A stretch of 64,000 nucleotides of DNA, taken from an uncultured Gemmatimonadaceae bacterium (lineage in GTDB: Bacteria; Gemmatimonadota; Gemmatimonadetes; Gemmatimonadales; Gemmatimonadaceae). Under the pieces are notes generated by a model. It saw only the letters and a program-made list of their open reading frames with translations. It searched no databases and was not told the origin of the DNA. The stretch spans positions 1-64,000 of the forward strand of contig CAWAGQ010000010.1 of the NCBI GenBank assembly GCA_963781585.1. Reading direction: 5' to 3'. This document shows, one piece after another, positions 30,501 through 41,753 of the stretch; the stretch's first letter is position 1, and every line of letters starts with the position of its first letter. A program made the translations under genes and the position numbers.

Positions 30501-30961
30501 CCATTCCGTCCGACGTCTCGCTGGATCTCCCCGCCTACCTGCCCGACGAGTACGTGGCTTCGCAGGAGGCCAAGCTCGACATCTATCGCCGCCTGACGGC
30601 GCTCACCGATCCGTCCGGGATCGAGGACCTGCGGCACGAGCTGCGGGACCGTTTCGGTACGCTCCCTCCCCCGGTGTCCCACCTGTTCGCCTCGGCGCTC
30701 CTGCGCGTGATCGGCGGCGAACTCGCCATCGAAGGCATACTCGTGCATGGCGACGAAGCCCGTATTACCTTTCGTGGCAATGCCGCCCCGCGCATGAAGG
30801 GGCTGCAGGCGGCCTTCCACGAGGTGCAGTTCCGCGCCGAGGTGCGGCGGCCGCACCCGCTTTCCCTCAAACTCACGCGTCTTGGTGGTTCGGGCATTCT
30901 GGAGGGGCTCGTTCGCGCGCTCCAAATGCTTCGATCGGTGCCCGACCGTCGGTCCGCGTGA
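27592..30961 (+). CDS. mfd: Transcription-repair coupling factor (one +1 frameshift near 29304)
   Basis: FSVRGGILDIY and GDYVVHLEHGVG in frame 1; FEDTPDQ, GDVGYGKTEVA, DEEHRFG, QLRGRVGR, DLELRGAGNLLG in frame 2. Confidence 0.93.
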
Positions 30962-30992
30962 GTTCGCGTTTACTGGATACCTGAATTCAACC

Positions 30993-32438
30993 ATGAACAA
31001 GCTTCGTGCAGCGGCCCTCGCGGTTCTCGTCATCCTGCCGGCCTGCGAGGGTTTCAAGGAAGCCATGTCAGCGCACGTCGATGTCGCGGCGCGCGCCGGG
31101 TCGCAGGAACTCACCGTGCAGCGATTGGCCGAGATGATGGGGCGGATGCCCCAGGTGCCGGTCACGATGGACTTCGCGCGGTCCATCGCCGACGTGTGGG
31201 TCGACTACCAGCTGCTGGGCAAGGCGGCCGCGCATAACGATTCGCTCTCCGACACGGCGCTGGTGGACGAATCCATGTGGCCCGTGCTGACCCGCAGCCG
31301 CATCGAGAAGTGGGTCGGCACGCTGCGCCAGACCTGGCACGTCGACACCGCCAATCTTGATCAGAAGTTCGCGCAGGGAGATCTGCTCGCCGCGAGCCAC
31401 ATTCTCTTCCAGGTCCCGCAGGGCCAGGCCGCAACCGGCAGTGACTCCGTACGGCGCAAGGCCGAACAGGTGCTGAAGCAGACGACCGCGGGCAACTTTG
31501 CGGCGATGGCGAAGAAATACGGCTCCGACGCCACCAAGGATCGGGGTGGCGACCTCGGCGTGTGGGTCTTCGGGCGCGGCCAGATGATTCCCGAGTTCGA
31601 GCAGGCGGTCCATGGGCTAAAGCCGGGTGAGATCGGGCCGCTGGTAAAGACCCAGTACGGCTATCACATCGTCAGACGGAAGACGTACGAGGAAGCGAAG
31701 GAGGCATTCCGGCAGGCGTACGATTCGCTGGAGATGTACAAGCTCGACAGTGCCTACGTGACCGGCACCGAGAACGCGGGGAAGATCCAGGTCAAACCCA
31801 ACGCGGCGAAGCTGGTGAAGGATGTGGCCGGGGATCCCACGGCCCATCGCGGCGACAAGAGCACCATCGCCACATCGGTCATCGGGAACTACACGGCGGG
31901 CGAGGTCGCACGCTGGATTGCCGGGTCGCCGCAGCCGCAGCAGACGCGCATGCAGATCCAGCAGGCGAATGACTCGATGCTTCCGGATTTCGTGAAGTTC
32001 CTGGTCCGGAACGATCTCTTCCTGCACCAGGCGGACAGCGCCCACGTGCAGCTGGATTCCACCGAGTTGGCGTCCATTCGCCAGGCCTTCCGCATCATGC
32101 TGATCAATTCCTGGCGGGGACTGCGGGTGGAGCCGGCGCTCCTGCGCGACAGCGCGAAGACGGTTCCGGAGCGGGAACGTCTGGCGGCGGCCAAGGTCGA
32201 TGCCTTCATGGACCGGCTCATGCAGCAGCAGGAGCAGTACGTGGATGTTCAGACGCCGCTGTCGAACGCGCTCAATGAGAAGTACGACGCGAAGGTCAAC
32301 ACCGTGGGTCTGGAACGGGCCGTCGCCACAGCCCAGAAGATCCGTGCGGCCGCGGATTCGGCGCAGACCAAGGGACAACCCAAGTCTGCGGTCCCGATGC
32401 CCCCCACGCCGCGCGATACCGGCGGCAAGAAGAATTGA
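30993..32438 (+). CDS. Parvulin-type peptidyl-prolyl isomerase lipoprotein (PrsA/SurA-like)
   Basis: Lipobox LPAC; ASHILF, GGDLG, PEFEQA, TQYGYHIV. Confidence 0.88.
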   Translation: MNKLRAAALAVLVILPACEGFKEAMSAHVDVAARAGSQELTVQRLAEMMGRMPQVPVTMDFARSIADVWVDYQLLGKAAAHNDSLSDTALVDESMWPVLTRSRIEKWVGTLRQTWHVDTANLDQKFAQGDLLAASHILFQVPQGQAATGSDSVRRKAEQVLKQTTAGNFAAMAKKYGSDATKDRGGDLGVWVFGRGQMIPEFEQAVHGLKPGEIGPLVKTQYGYHIVRRKTYEEAKEAFRQAYDSLEMYKLDSAYVTGTENAGKIQVKPNAAKLVKDVAGDPTAHRGDKSTIATSVIGNYTAGEVARWIAGSPQPQQTRMQIQQANDSMLPDFVKFLVRNDLFLHQADSAHVQLDSTELASIRQAFRIMLINSWRGLRVEPALLRDSAKTVPERERLAAAKVDAFMDRLMQQQEQYVDVQTPLSNALNEKYDAKVNTVGLERAVATAQKIRAAADSAQTKGQPKSAVPMPPTPRDTGGKKN

Positions 32439-32526
32439 CCGGCTGCGCGCGCCGCCTGCGTGAGCGTCGCAGGCGGCGCGCGCCGCGGCGCGAACCTTCG
32501 ACGTTCGTCACGGGTAGTCCTCAGCG

Positions 32527-33906
32527 ATGAAACACGCCGAATTACTTCTGGCCGCGATGTTCTGCGCGGCGTCGCTGCCGGCGCAGCAGCCCCAGCCGGC
32601 CGGCGGCGAGAAGTCGCTGGACCGGATCGTGGCGGTGGTCGGCGGCACGCCGATCCTGTGGAGCGATGTTCAGGAAGTGATCCTGCAGCGGCAAGCGTCG
32701 GGTGCCTCCTTCCCCGATGATTCCGCCGGCCAGCTCGCGGTCATCAAGCAGATCGTCTCCGATCTGGTGGACGAAGAGCTGCTGGTCGAGCGGGCGTCAT
32801 CCGACACCAGCATCACCGTCGCCGATTCGGATCTGGCGAACACCGTCGAACAACAGGTGAAGCAGATCCGATCGCAGATGTCGAGCGATCAGGAGTTCCT
32901 GAACGCGCTGCGCGGAAGCGGTTTCGGGAGCGAGGAAGAATACCGGCGCTGGCTGACCGAACAGGCGCGCCGACGCGAGCTGCAGCAGCGGTACGTCGCC
33001 AGGCTCCAGCGTGACGGGAAGATGATCAACGTAGCCGTGAGCGATGCCGACGTGACCGACGCGTACCAGTCGATGAAGGCCAAGGGCACGCTCCCCAAGC
33101 GCCCGCCCTCGGTCACGTTCAAGCAAATCGTCATTCCCACCACTGCGTCGCCCGCGGCCCGGGCGGTCGCGCGCGCCAGGGCGGAGTCGCTGCTCGTACT
33201 GATCCGCCACGGCGCGGATTTCGAGCAGCTGGCCAAACGTGAGTCCATGGATTCGGTGACCCGGGAGCAGGGCGGCGATCTTGGCTGGAACCGTCGTGAA
33301 GCCATGGTCCCCGCTTTTGCGAACGTCATGTTCTCGCTGCCCCCGGGGCAGGTGGGGCCGGTGACCGAGACCCAGTATGGTTTTCACATCATCAAGGTCG
33401 ACCGGGCCAAGCCTACCGAGGTCAAGGCGCGCCACATTCTCATCCGCCCCACGATCGATTCCAGCGACATCGCGCGCGCCGGCGCCCTGGCCGACAGCGT
33501 GCTCGCGCTCTGGAAGGCAGGTGTGCCGTACGATACCCTGTTCCGGAAATTCCACGACCATGACGAGACGGAAGGGAGTCTCGATCCCTTTCCGATCGAC
33601 AAGCTGCCGGAATCATATCGGACCGCGTTCGACGGGATTCACAACGGCGACTTCGTGCGGCCCTTCGCCATCAACGACCCGCAGCGCGGCGTTCCCAAAT
33701 TCGTGATCGCCCAGCTGATCGATGTCAGCCAGGCCGGGGACTACACACTTCCCGATCTGCGGGACCAGATCCGCCAGCAACTGCAGAACGAGCGCTCATA
33801 CCGCCGGTTGATCGACACGCTGAAGCAGGAGACGTTCGTCTCGATCAACATCGAGGGAGCGGCGGGAATCAAGGCGCCGCCCGCCAAGGGCCGCCCGCCC
33901 CGCTGA
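32527..33906 (+). CDS. surA: SurA-like chaperone/PPIase
   Basis: DRIVAVVGGTPILWSDV; parvulin motifs GGDLGW, TQYGFHII, ARHILI; precedes pdxA. Confidence 0.85.
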   Translation: MKHAELLLAAMFCAASLPAQQPQPAGGEKSLDRIVAVVGGTPILWSDVQEVILQRQASGASFPDDSAGQLAVIKQIVSDLVDEELLVERASSDTSITVADSDLANTVEQQVKQIRSQMSSDQEFLNALRGSGFGSEEEYRRWLTEQARRRELQQRYVARLQRDGKMINVAVSDADVTDAYQSMKAKGTLPKRPPSVTFKQIVIPTTASPAARAVARARAESLLVLIRHGADFEQLAKRESMDSVTREQGGDLGWNRREAMVPAFANVMFSLPPGQVGPVTETQYGFHIIKVDRAKPTEVKARHILIRPTIDSSDIARAGALADSVLALWKAGVPYDTLFRKFHDHDETEGSLDPFPIDKLPESYRTAFDGIHNGDFVRPFAINDPQRGVPKFVIAQLIDVSQAGDYTLPDLRDQIRQQLQNERSYRRLIDTLKQETFVSINIEGAAGIKAPPAKGRPPR

Positions 33907-33931
33907 TCGCCGCCGGGGCGCTCACCGCCGC

Positions 33932-34849
33932 GTGCCAAGCCCGTCCCCCCGCCCCCGCCTCGCCGTTACGTTAGGCGACCCCCGCGGCATCGGACCCGAG
34001 GTGGTGGCCCGGGCGCTCGCGGACCCTCGCGTGGCGGGGGCCTGCGACCATGTGGTGATCGGGCCCGAGGGAACGGAAACGCCGGTGGGCCTGGCGGTGG
34101 GCACCTGGACCCGCTCCGCGCATCGCGCGGAGGCCGGACGGCTGGCGGGGCAGGCCATCGAACGCGCCGTTGCGCTCGCCGTCACTGGTGAGGTGGACGG
34201 CATCGTCACCGGTCCGATCGACAAGGCCGCCCTCCTCGAGGGGGGCTACGACTATCCGGGTCACACGGAGATGCTCGCCGCCCTGACCGGCGCCGAAGTG
34301 GCGATGATGCTCGCCTCCAACCGGCTCCGCGTCGTCCTGGCCACCACCCACGTCGCACTGCGCGACGTCCCCGCGCTGGTCACTGTCCCATGCCTGGTGC
34401 GCACCGCCGCCCTCACCCGGGAATACCTCGAGCGGTGGTTCGACATTCCGCGTCCGCGCATCGCACTCTGCGCGCTCAATCCCCACGCCGGTGACGCCGG
34501 CCGATTCGGACGCGAGGACGACGAAATCCTCGCGCCGGCCGCCCGGGCGGCCCGGATCGCGGGACCGTTCCCGGCCGACACCGTCTTCGTGCGGGCGCTG
34601 CGCGGTGAGTTCGATGCCGTCATCGCGCCCTACCATGATGTGGGCATGACGGCCATCAAGGTGGCGTCGTTCGGGCAGGCGGTGAATGTCACGCTCGGCC
34701 TTCCGTTTCCCCGCACGTCGCCGGACCATGGCACCGCGCTCGACATCGCCGGACAGGGAATCGCCGACGCCGCGAGCATGGTTGAGGCCGTGCTGCTGTG
34801 CGCGGCGATCGCGTCGCGCGTAAGGGAGTCGGCACCGGGCCGCGTATAG
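33932..34849 (+). CDS. pdxA: 4-hydroxythreonine-4-phosphate dehydrogenase
   Basis: TLGDPRGIGPEV, GHTEML, LNPHAG, YHDVG, RTSPDHGTALDIAG. Confidence 0.95.
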   Translation: MPSPSPRPRLAVTLGDPRGIGPEVVARALADPRVAGACDHVVIGPEGTETPVGLAVGTWTRSAHRAEAGRLAGQAIERAVALAVTGEVDGIVTGPIDKAALLEGGYDYPGHTEMLAALTGAEVAMMLASNRLRVVLATTHVALRDVPALVTVPCLVRTAALTREYLERWFDIPRPRIALCALNPHAGDAGRFGREDDEILAPAARAARIAGPFPADTVFVRALRGEFDAVIAPYHDVGMTAIKVASFGQAVNVTLGLPFPRTSPDHGTALDIAGQGIADAASMVEAVLLCAAIASRVRESAPGRV

Positions 34850-34870
34850 TCCGCAGGTTGGCGGATCGAC

Positions 34871-36211
34871 TCACGGGCGCCGCGAGCCGCCGTCCGGCGT
34901 TGCCGCCCCGGGCGCGGCGACGTTCGGCTCGCGGCGCAGGGCCACGGTCTCGATCCGCCGGCCGTCCATCTCCCGGACCGTGAACGTGGTCCCGTTCACA
35001 CTCACATGGTCTCCCACCGCCGGCAGCCTGCCTAACGCTCCGAAAACATACCCGCCGATGGTCGTATAGTCGTCGTCGGGCACCGACAGCCCATACTGCT
35101 CGTTGACGTCGGTGATGTGCGTGGCCCCGGGAATCAGTGCCTCGCCGGCCGCCGAGGAGGCAGCACGCGCTTCGGGCTCGTCGTATTCATCGAGGATCTC
35201 GCCCACGATTTCCTCGAGCAGGTCTTCCATGGTCACCACGCCGGCCGTTCCCCCGAACTCATCGAGCACCACCGCCATGTGCTCCTTGAGTCGCTTGAAG
35301 TCGGCGAGAACGTCCTCTACTTCGCGCGATCCCGGCACCACGTGGACACGCCGCATGATCGACGCCACCGTGAATCCCCGCGGGTCGCGCCGCAACACCC
35401 GCAGCAGGTCCTTCGCCAGAACCAGACCCACCACGTTGTCGATGCTCCCGTCGTAGACCGGATAACGCGAGAAGTTGCTCTCCTCGACGATCGCGAGCGC
35501 GTCATCGAGCGACGCGTCGAGCGGAATGCCGACCACCTCGGTCCGGGGGGTCATCACCTCCCGCGCGTTCTTCTCCGAGAACTCGAACACGCCCTCGATG
35601 AGCTGGGCATCCTGCCGCTCGATCGCTCCGCCGACCTCGCTCTGTTCCACCAGCATCCGCAATTCCTCCGGCGAGTGAACCGCCTCGGGCGCGACATCGA
35701 CGCGCTGATGCGCCGCCCGGAGCACGGCCGCCGCCGCGTGGTTCAGCACCCAGGTGAACGGACGGGTGAGCCAGGCGAACGCCAGCAGCGGCGGCGCGAG
35801 CCACTTCGCGAATTCTTCCGGATGATTGAGCGCCATGGCGCGCGGCGCGAGCTCGCCGAACACAACGTGCAGAAAGGTGGCCAGCGCCAGCGCCAGCACG
35901 GCGGCCACCGTCAGCCGCACCGCCTCCTCGAGTCCCAGCGGGAGGGCGGTCAGCCACCCGGCGAATGTGTCCCCGAGTGCGCTTTCCGCCACCCAACCCA
36001 GCGCCAGGCTGGCCAGCGTGATCCCCAGTTGGCTTGCCGAGAGAACGCGCACGAGATTATTGGTGGCGTAGCGAGCCACCTGGGCCAGCCGGTCGCCGGC
36101 ACGAACCATCGACTCCAGCCGGATCCGGCGCGACCGGACGAGCGCAAACTCGGCGGCGACGAAGAACCCGTTCAACAGGAGCAGGATGATGATGGCGGCG
36201 AGCCGGCCCAT
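34871..36211 (-). CDS. HlyC/CorC-family (CNNM-CBS-CorC) transporter
   Basis: LNGFFVAAEFALV, QLGITLASL, GELAP, MTPRT, FSRYPVY, DEFGGTAGVVTMEDLLEEIVGEI. Confidence 0.93.
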   Translation of the reverse strand: MGRLAAIIILLLLNGFFVAAEFALVRSRRIRLESMVRAGDRLAQVARYATNNLVRVLSASQLGITLASLALGWVAESALGDTFAGWLTALPLGLEEAVRLTVAAVLALALATFLHVVFGELAPRAMALNHPEEFAKWLAPPLLAFAWLTRPFTWVLNHAAAAVLRAAHQRVDVAPEAVHSPEELRMLVEQSEVGGAIERQDAQLIEGVFEFSEKNAREVMTPRTEVVGIPLDASLDDALAIVEESNFSRYPVYDGSIDNVVGLVLAKDLLRVLRRDPRGFTVASIMRRVHVVPGSREVEDVLADFKRLKEHMAVVLDEFGGTAGVVTMEDLLEEIVGEILDEYDEPEARAASSAAGEALIPGATHITDVNEQYGLSVPDDDYTTIGGYVFGALGRLPAVGDHVSVNGTTFTVREMDGRRIETVALRREPNVAAPGAATPDGGSRRP

Positions 36212-36249
36212 TTCGCCCGGAACATACCGAACGCGGTAACGCCTCGTAA

Positions 36250-37206
36250 ATGGCGCACCAATCCTCCACGTCCCAGGGCTCGACGCACACCGGACCCCAC
36301 CGGCACCACCGCCACACGCCCGGACGGGCGCGTCGGGCGCCGCCGGACGAGCCGAGGCAGCAGTCACGCCTGCGCCTGGCGCTGGTGCTCACGGCCCTGT
36401 TCCTGGTGGCCGAGGTGGTGGGCGGGTTTCTGTCGAACTCGCTGGCGCTGCTCGCCGATGCGGGTCACATGCTCACCGACGTGGGCGCGCTGTCGCTTTC
36501 CCTGTTCGTCTTCTGGTTCAGCCGGCAGCCGGCATCGCCCGGGAAGACCTACGGCTATCTGCGCTGGGAGATCCTGGCGGCCTTTCTGAACGGGGCGTTG
36601 CTGCTGGTCGTCTCGGCAGCCATCGTCTGGCAGGCACTGTTGCGCCTGCGCGCCCCGACGCCCATCGGCGGCAACCTGATGCTCGGTGTGGCGCTGGGCG
36701 GTCTGCTGGTGAACGCGGTCTCGGCGTGGGTGCTGCACCCGGTGCACGGACACAGCCTCAACACGCGCGGCGCCTACGTCCACGTGCTCGGCGATCTGCT
36801 GGGATCGATCGGCACGGTGGTGGCGGCGATGATCATCCGCACCACCGGCTGGCTGGCGGCCGACCCGATCGCGTCGCTTCTGGTGACGTTGCTGGTGGTA
36901 CGGTCGGCCTGGACGCTGGTACGCGAATCGGTCGACGTGCTGCTCGAGTCCACTCCATCGCACATCTCGTTAGGCGCCGTACGCACGCGCCTCGAGGCCA
37001 TCGCCGGCGTGGAGTCGGTGCACGATCTGCACGTCTGGACGGTCACGTCGGGCATGATCGCGATGAGCGCCCATGCGATCGTTCGCGAGCCCCGGGAAAA
37101 CCAGCAGGTGCTGGAGGCCGCCGTGCGCGAGATGGAGGGCATGGGCATCCGCCACGTCACCATGCAACTGGAGCGGCAGGAGATGTGCGCGGAACCGCAC
37201 CCCTGA
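36250..37206 (+). CDS. czcD: Cation diffusion facilitator (CzcD/ZitB-like)
   Basis: His-rich N-terminus, SLALLADAGHMLTD, HVLGDLLGS, HDLHVW. Confidence 0.92.
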   Translation: MAHQSSTSQGSTHTGPHRHHRHTPGRARRAPPDEPRQQSRLRLALVLTALFLVAEVVGGFLSNSLALLADAGHMLTDVGALSLSLFVFWFSRQPASPGKTYGYLRWEILAAFLNGALLLVVSAAIVWQALLRLRAPTPIGGNLMLGVALGGLLVNAVSAWVLHPVHGHSLNTRGAYVHVLGDLLGSIGTVVAAMIIRTTGWLAADPIASLLVTLLVVRSAWTLVRESVDVLLESTPSHISLGAVRTRLEAIAGVESVHDLHVWTVTSGMIAMSAHAIVREPRENQQVLEAAVREMEGMGIRHVTMQLERQEMCAEPHP

Positions 37207-37446
37207 GACCGGGCGGGCCGCGTGTGGCGGGCTTCACCCGCGTCGTGTGGCCGGGAGGTGAGCGCGACCGCCACGTCGCCCGAGACGAGGCGCGCGCCGG
37301 CGCCCAACCAGGGGAATGCCATGGGGTTGCCGCCTCCAGTGCGTCGAGGAGGCTAGCGGCTTGCCGGGACCAGCTACCGCCTCGTCCACGGTGACCGGCG
37401 CCTCCGGTCGGGCGTCCTTCGATTAGCCGAAATCCGCCCCCCGCCA

Positions 37447-37938
37447 ATGGATATGCAAACACACGCAAACGAGTTCTACATAGAGAAGATTCGCATGCCG
37501 GTCGCGCTGACGCTGACCGGGGGCGAATCGCTCAGGGGCGAGCTGTTCATTCAGGCGAGCGCGCGCAATCTCTCCGCGCTCGAAGACGCGCCGGAGTTCA
37601 TGAACTCCTCCGAACCGTTCTTTCCGCTGCGCCTGCCGGATGGCGAGACGCTTCTCATCTCCAAGAGCCACGTCCTGACAGTCCACGTGGAACGCGAGTT
37701 CGCGGCCAGCGTGGAATGGGCGTTCGGCGACAGGGTGTCCGTCGAGGTCGCCATGCAGGGCGGAGCCACCCACCACGGCCACCTGCAGGTGGAACACTAC
37801 GTCGGCCATGCGCGCGTGCTCGACTACCTCAACCGGGGGAGCGAGCCGTTCATTCTGCTGCTGCGCGAAACCGAAGTGCTGCTGCTGAACCGCCGCCACA
37901 TCGCCTTCGTCCGGCCGGTCGACGATGCCACAACTTGA
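37447..37938 (+). CDS. Hypothetical protein made of two tandem ~70 aa repeats
   Basis: Halves: V.L....G..L.G......FMN.SEPFFPL.....LLISKSHV and V.V....G..H.G......YLN..SEPFILL....LLLNRRHI; overlaps the pilT-like start. Confidence 0.75.
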   Translation: MDMQTHANEFYIEKIRMPVALTLTGGESLRGELFIQASARNLSALEDAPEFMNSSEPFFPLRLPDGETLLISKSHVLTVHVEREFAASVEWAFGDRVSVEVAMQGGATHHGHLQVEHYVGHARVLDYLNRGSEPFILLLRETEVLLLNRRHIAFVRPVDDATT

Positions 37939-39499
37939 CCGGCTGCTGTCGGTTCTCTCGCAGAATCGGGGCGACAGCCTGCGCATCTCACAGGACGATC
38001 ACGCGCGCATGATCAAGGGCACCGCCGAGCATCCGGTAACCCGGCAGCCTCTGAGCGGGGTCCAGTTGCTCGCGCTTCTGCGCGAAGTCGCGCCGGCCGA
38101 GGTTGCGCAGCGACTGCAGAGCGGTGGCGACGCGCAGTTCGAATACGCGTTCGGAAACGAGACCTTCGTCGCGAACATCAGTTTTGCCGGCGGTCGGCTG
38201 ACCGCTGCCGTGCGGCCCAAGCCGCCGTACGCGCGGGAAAACGGGAACGGTGCAACGACGGTCGGCCACGAGGCATCGGGCGCGACACAGGAGGCCGACC
38301 CAGTGGCGGACGCCGAGGCGCGGAGCGCCCTGGACGCGCTGCTGCGTCACCAGATGGAGCGCGGGGCGTCGGACCTGCACCTTCGAAGCGGCGAGCGCGC
38401 GCTGCTGCGCGTGGACGGCGACATCGCCGTCGTCGAGGGCGGCGAGCCGCTGGAGAACGACCGACTGGAGCGGATGCTCTTCGCCATGATGCCGGACCGC
38501 AATCGACGCGAGTACCAGGAGTTGAACGACACCGACCTCGCGTACGATCTGGCTGGCGCGGGTCGATTCCGCGTCAACGTCTTCCGCGACCGGCGCGGCA
38601 TCGGCGCGGTGATGCGCGCGATTCCCTCGCGGGTCGTCACCGCCGATGAACTTGGCCTGAGCGCCGAACTGCAGGCCTTGTGCTCGCTGTCCAAGGGACT
38701 GGTGCTCGTCACCGGACCAACCGGCAGCGGAAAGTCCACCACGCTGTGCGGGCTCATCGATCTGGTGAATCGCACGCGCCGTGACCACATCGTGACCATC
38801 GAGGATCCAATCGAATTCGTGCACCAGAGCAAGGGTTGCCTGTTGACGCAGCGACAGGTCGGGGTGCACACCTCGTCGTTCAAACACGCCTTGCGTGCGA
38901 CACTGCGCGAAGACCCCGATGTGGTCCTGGTCGGCGAACTGCGCGACCTGGAGACGGTCTCGATCGCGATCGAGACGGCCGAGACCGGCCACCTGGTGTT
39001 CGGCACGCTGCACACGTCGACAGCCGCCGGCACCGTCGATCGCGTCATCGGTCAATTCCCCACCGACCGTCAGGAGCAGATCAGGGTGATGCTGGCCGAG
39101 TCGCTGAAGGGAGTCCTCTCGCAGACCCTGTGTCGCAAGATCGGCGGTGGGCGCGTGGCCGCGATGGAGATCCTGCTGGCCACTCCCGCGGTGTCGAACC
39201 TCATCCGCGAGGGGAAGACGTTCCAGATCCCGTCTGTGATGCAAACATCGCGACGGATGGGAATGGTCACCATGCACGATGCGTTGCTGGAACTGGTGGA
39301 ATCGGGCACGATCGAGGCCCACGAGGCGTTGGCGAAGGCCACGGACAAGTCGGCCATGGCGCAGGCGCTGAAGACCCGCGGCCTCGATGTCCCCGCTGGT
39401 GAGGGAGAGACTCCGCCCGAGAAGACGGGAAGCGGCGTACGCTACGACTCGGGCATCAACGCCCGAACCCCGATGCCCAGGCCCGGGATGAAGCGGTAA
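37925..39499 (+). CDS. pilT: PilT-family type IV pilus ATPase with an extra N-terminal domain
   Basis: [60 protein letters not shown]. Confidence 0.9.
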   Translation: MPQLDRLLSVLSQNRGDSLRISQDDHARMIKGTAEHPVTRQPLSGVQLLALLREVAPAEVAQRLQSGGDAQFEYAFGNETFVANISFAGGRLTAAVRPKPPYARENGNGATTVGHEASGATQEADPVADAEARSALDALLRHQMERGASDLHLRSGERALLRVDGDIAVVEGGEPLENDRLERMLFAMMPDRNRREYQELNDTDLAYDLAGAGRFRVNVFRDRRGIGAVMRAIPSRVVTADELGLSAELQALCSLSKGLVLVTGPTGSGKSTTLCGLIDLVNRTRRDHIVTIEDPIEFVHQSKGCLLTQRQVGVHTSSFKHALRATLREDPDVVLVGELRDLETVSIAIETAETGHLVFGTLHTSTAAGTVDRVIGQFPTDRQEQIRVMLAESLKGVLSQTLCRKIGGGRVAAMEILLATPAVSNLIREGKTFQIPSVMQTSRRMGMVTMHDALLELVESGTIEAHEALAKATDKSAMAQALKTRGLDVPAGEGETPPEKTGSGVRYDSGINARTPMPRPGMKR

Positions 39500-39603
39500 G
39501 CCGGTCGCCGGCTGGAAGACGGCGAGCGGTCGGCCGGTCGCGGGCAGGAAAACGGCGCCCGATGGTGGGCGCCGCGGTGACGTGCAGGGAACACGTGCGG
39601 GTG

Positions 39604-39795
39604 CTAGCTGCTTTTCCGGTCCGGGGGGTCCTCGTCGGGCGACGACCGGTCGTCCAGTTCGCCGCGCGTCTTGGAGTATTCGTCGCGTTGGCTATACCCG
39701 TATCCGTCGAATACCTCGCCTCCTCGCATGTAGTCGTGGCCGTACCCGCGGCCGTGAGGATAGCTGCCTTTCGAGGACTCCGGATGCTGGTGCAT
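39604..39795 (-). CDS. Small (63 aa) hypothetical Gly/Tyr-rich protein
   Basis: Perfect AGGAGGT 5 nt before the ATG; fills the pilT-typA gap. Confidence 0.6.
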   Translation of the reverse strand: MHQHPESSKGSYPHGRGYGHDYMRGGEVFDGYGYSQRDEYSKTRGELDDRSSPDEDPPDRKSS

Positions 39796-39897
39796 GGGAC
39801 ACCTCCTGCGGTAACGAGTCCAACCGCACGGTGCGCATTCCGCGCGGCGCCGGCAAGTGCTTGTATCGGTTCACGTGCCCGGTCATACTTCAAGGCT

Positions 39898-41733
39898 ATG
39901 CAGATCCGAAACATCGCCATCATCGCGCACGTCGATCACGGCAAGACCACCCTCGTCGACAAGATGTTACGTCAAGCGGGGGCATTTCGCGAGAATCAGA
40001 TCGTAGAAGAGCGGGTCATGGACTCGAACCCGCTCGAGCGGGAACGCGGTATCACGATTCTCGCCAAGAACACGGCCGTGCGTTGGCATGGCACGAAGAT
40101 CAACATCGTCGATACGCCGGGGCACTCGGATTTCGGCGGAGAGGTGGAGCGGATCATGCGTATGGTGGACGGTGTGCTGCTGGTGGTCGACGCCTTCGAC
40201 GGTCCCATGCCGCAGACGCGGTTCGTGCTGAGGAAGGCGCTTGAGCTTGGCCGTACGCCGATCGTGGTGATCAACAAGATCGATCGGTCGGGGGCTGATC
40301 CGCTCCGTGTCCACGACGAAGTGCTGGACCTCTTCATCGACCTCGAAGCCGATGCCGCTCAGCTCGACGCGCCGGTCCTCTACGCGTCGGCGCGGGAGGG
40401 GGTCGCGACCACGGACCTGGCGCAGCCGCCGACGAATCTCGAGCCGCTGTTCGAGGCGATCGTCCGGCACGTGCCGGCGCCGCCGAGCGATGCCGAGGGG
40501 CCGTTCCAGTTGCTGGTATCGACGCTCGACCATTCGCCGTACCTCGGGCGGCTGGCGATCGGCCGCATCGAGCGCGGAACCGTTCGGGTGGGTGAAGTGG
40601 TGGCCCTGCTGCCGCTGGACCCCGCGCGGGTGGCGGAAACCGCGAAGGTGACGAGGCTCTACACCCACGAGGGCCTCGAGCGCCTCGATGTCGAGTCCGC
40701 ATCGGCGGGCGACATCGTCGCGCTGGCGGGACTGGAGGGGGTGGAGATCGGTCTCACCGTGACGCACGTCGAACACCAGGAGCGGCTGGCCGGAATCGCT
40801 GTTGAGGAGCCGACCATCTCGGTGGACTTCGTGGTGAACAACTCGCCGTTCGCGGGTCGCGAGGGGCGGTTCATCACGTCGCGGCAGCTTCGCGAGCGGC
40901 TGTATCGCGAGCTCGAGCGCAACGTCGCGCTGCGCGTGGAGGACACCGACGCGACCGATACCTGGACCGTGTCCGGACGCGGCGAGCTGCACCTGTCGAT
41001 CCTGATGGAGACGATGCGGCGCGAGGGATACGAGTTCCAGGTGTCGCGTCCGCGGGTGATCACGCGCGAGGGGCCTAACGGCGAGCGGCTGGAGCCGTAC
41101 GAGGAACTGACGGTCGACGTGCCCGAGACCTACCTCGGCGCGGTGATCGAACGCCTGGGTGGCCGACGCGCCGAGCTGCTCGACATGCGCAATCCGGGGC
41201 AGGGGAACGTGCGCCTGCGTTACGCCATTCCGGCGCGCGGGCTGTTCGGCTATCGGAGCGAGTTTCTCACCGACACCCGCGGCACCGGCGTCATCCACCA
41301 CCGCTTCTATCACTATGGACCGTGGGCCGGACCGATTCCGGGACGGACGCGCGGCGCGCTGGTGTCGATGGAGAACGGGATCGCGGTGGGGTTTGCGCTG
41401 TTCAATCTGCAGGAACGCTCGACCCTGTTCGTGGCGCCCGGGACGGCGGTCTATGAAGGGATGATCGTGGGAGAGAACTCGCGTCCCGGCGACATGGACG
41501 TCAATCCTACCAAGGAAAAAAAGCTGACGAACATGCGGACGAAGGCGAGTGACGAGAACATTCAGCTGGAGCCACCGCGGGAGTTGACGCTGGAAGGAGC
41601 GCTGGAGTATATCGAGGACGACGAGCTGATCGAAGTGACGCCGCACTCGATCCGTCTCCGCAAGCGGTTGCTGAGCCTGAACGACAGAAAGAAGCTCTCG
41701 CGTGAACAGAAGCGCGAGCGCGCGCTGGTCTAA
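39898..41733 (+). CDS. typA: Translational GTPase TypA/BipA
   Basis: [49 protein letters not shown]. Confidence 0.97.
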   Translation: MQIRNIAIIAHVDHGKTTLVDKMLRQAGAFRENQIVEERVMDSNPLERERGITILAKNTAVRWHGTKINIVDTPGHSDFGGEVERIMRMVDGVLLVVDAFDGPMPQTRFVLRKALELGRTPIVVINKIDRSGADPLRVHDEVLDLFIDLEADAAQLDAPVLYASAREGVATTDLAQPPTNLEPLFEAIVRHVPAPPSDAEGPFQLLVSTLDHSPYLGRLAIGRIERGTVRVGEVVALLPLDPARVAETAKVTRLYTHEGLERLDVESASAGDIVALAGLEGVEIGLTVTHVEHQERLAGIAVEEPTISVDFVVNNSPFAGREGRFITSRQLRERLYRELERNVALRVEDTDATDTWTVSGRGELHLSILMETMRREGYEFQVSRPRVITREGPNGERLEPYEELTVDVPETYLGAVIERLGGRRAELLDMRNPGQGNVRLRYAIPARGLFGYRSEFLTDTRGTGVIHHRFYHYGPWAGPIPGRTRGALVSMENGIAVGFALFNLQERSTLFVAPGTAVYEGMIVGENSRPGDMDVNPTKEKKLTNMRTKASDENIQLEPPRELTLEGALEYIEDDELIEVTPHSIRLRKRLLSLNDRKKLSREQKRERALV

Positions 41734-41753
41734 CCTTCCACGGAGACCCTGGT

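Noticed and set aside
27592..30984. 1130-aa ORF as a novel Mfd fusion
   Set aside because: The sequence after about 29305 is out-of-frame text; the true Mfd C-terminus is in the 29129..30961 frame.
39562..39897. N-terminal extension of TypA (likewise the extended starts of lepA, tauE, the PLP lyase, corC and ADOP)
   Set aside because: Family homology begins at later starts, and the extensions overlap neighbouring genes or intergenic signals.
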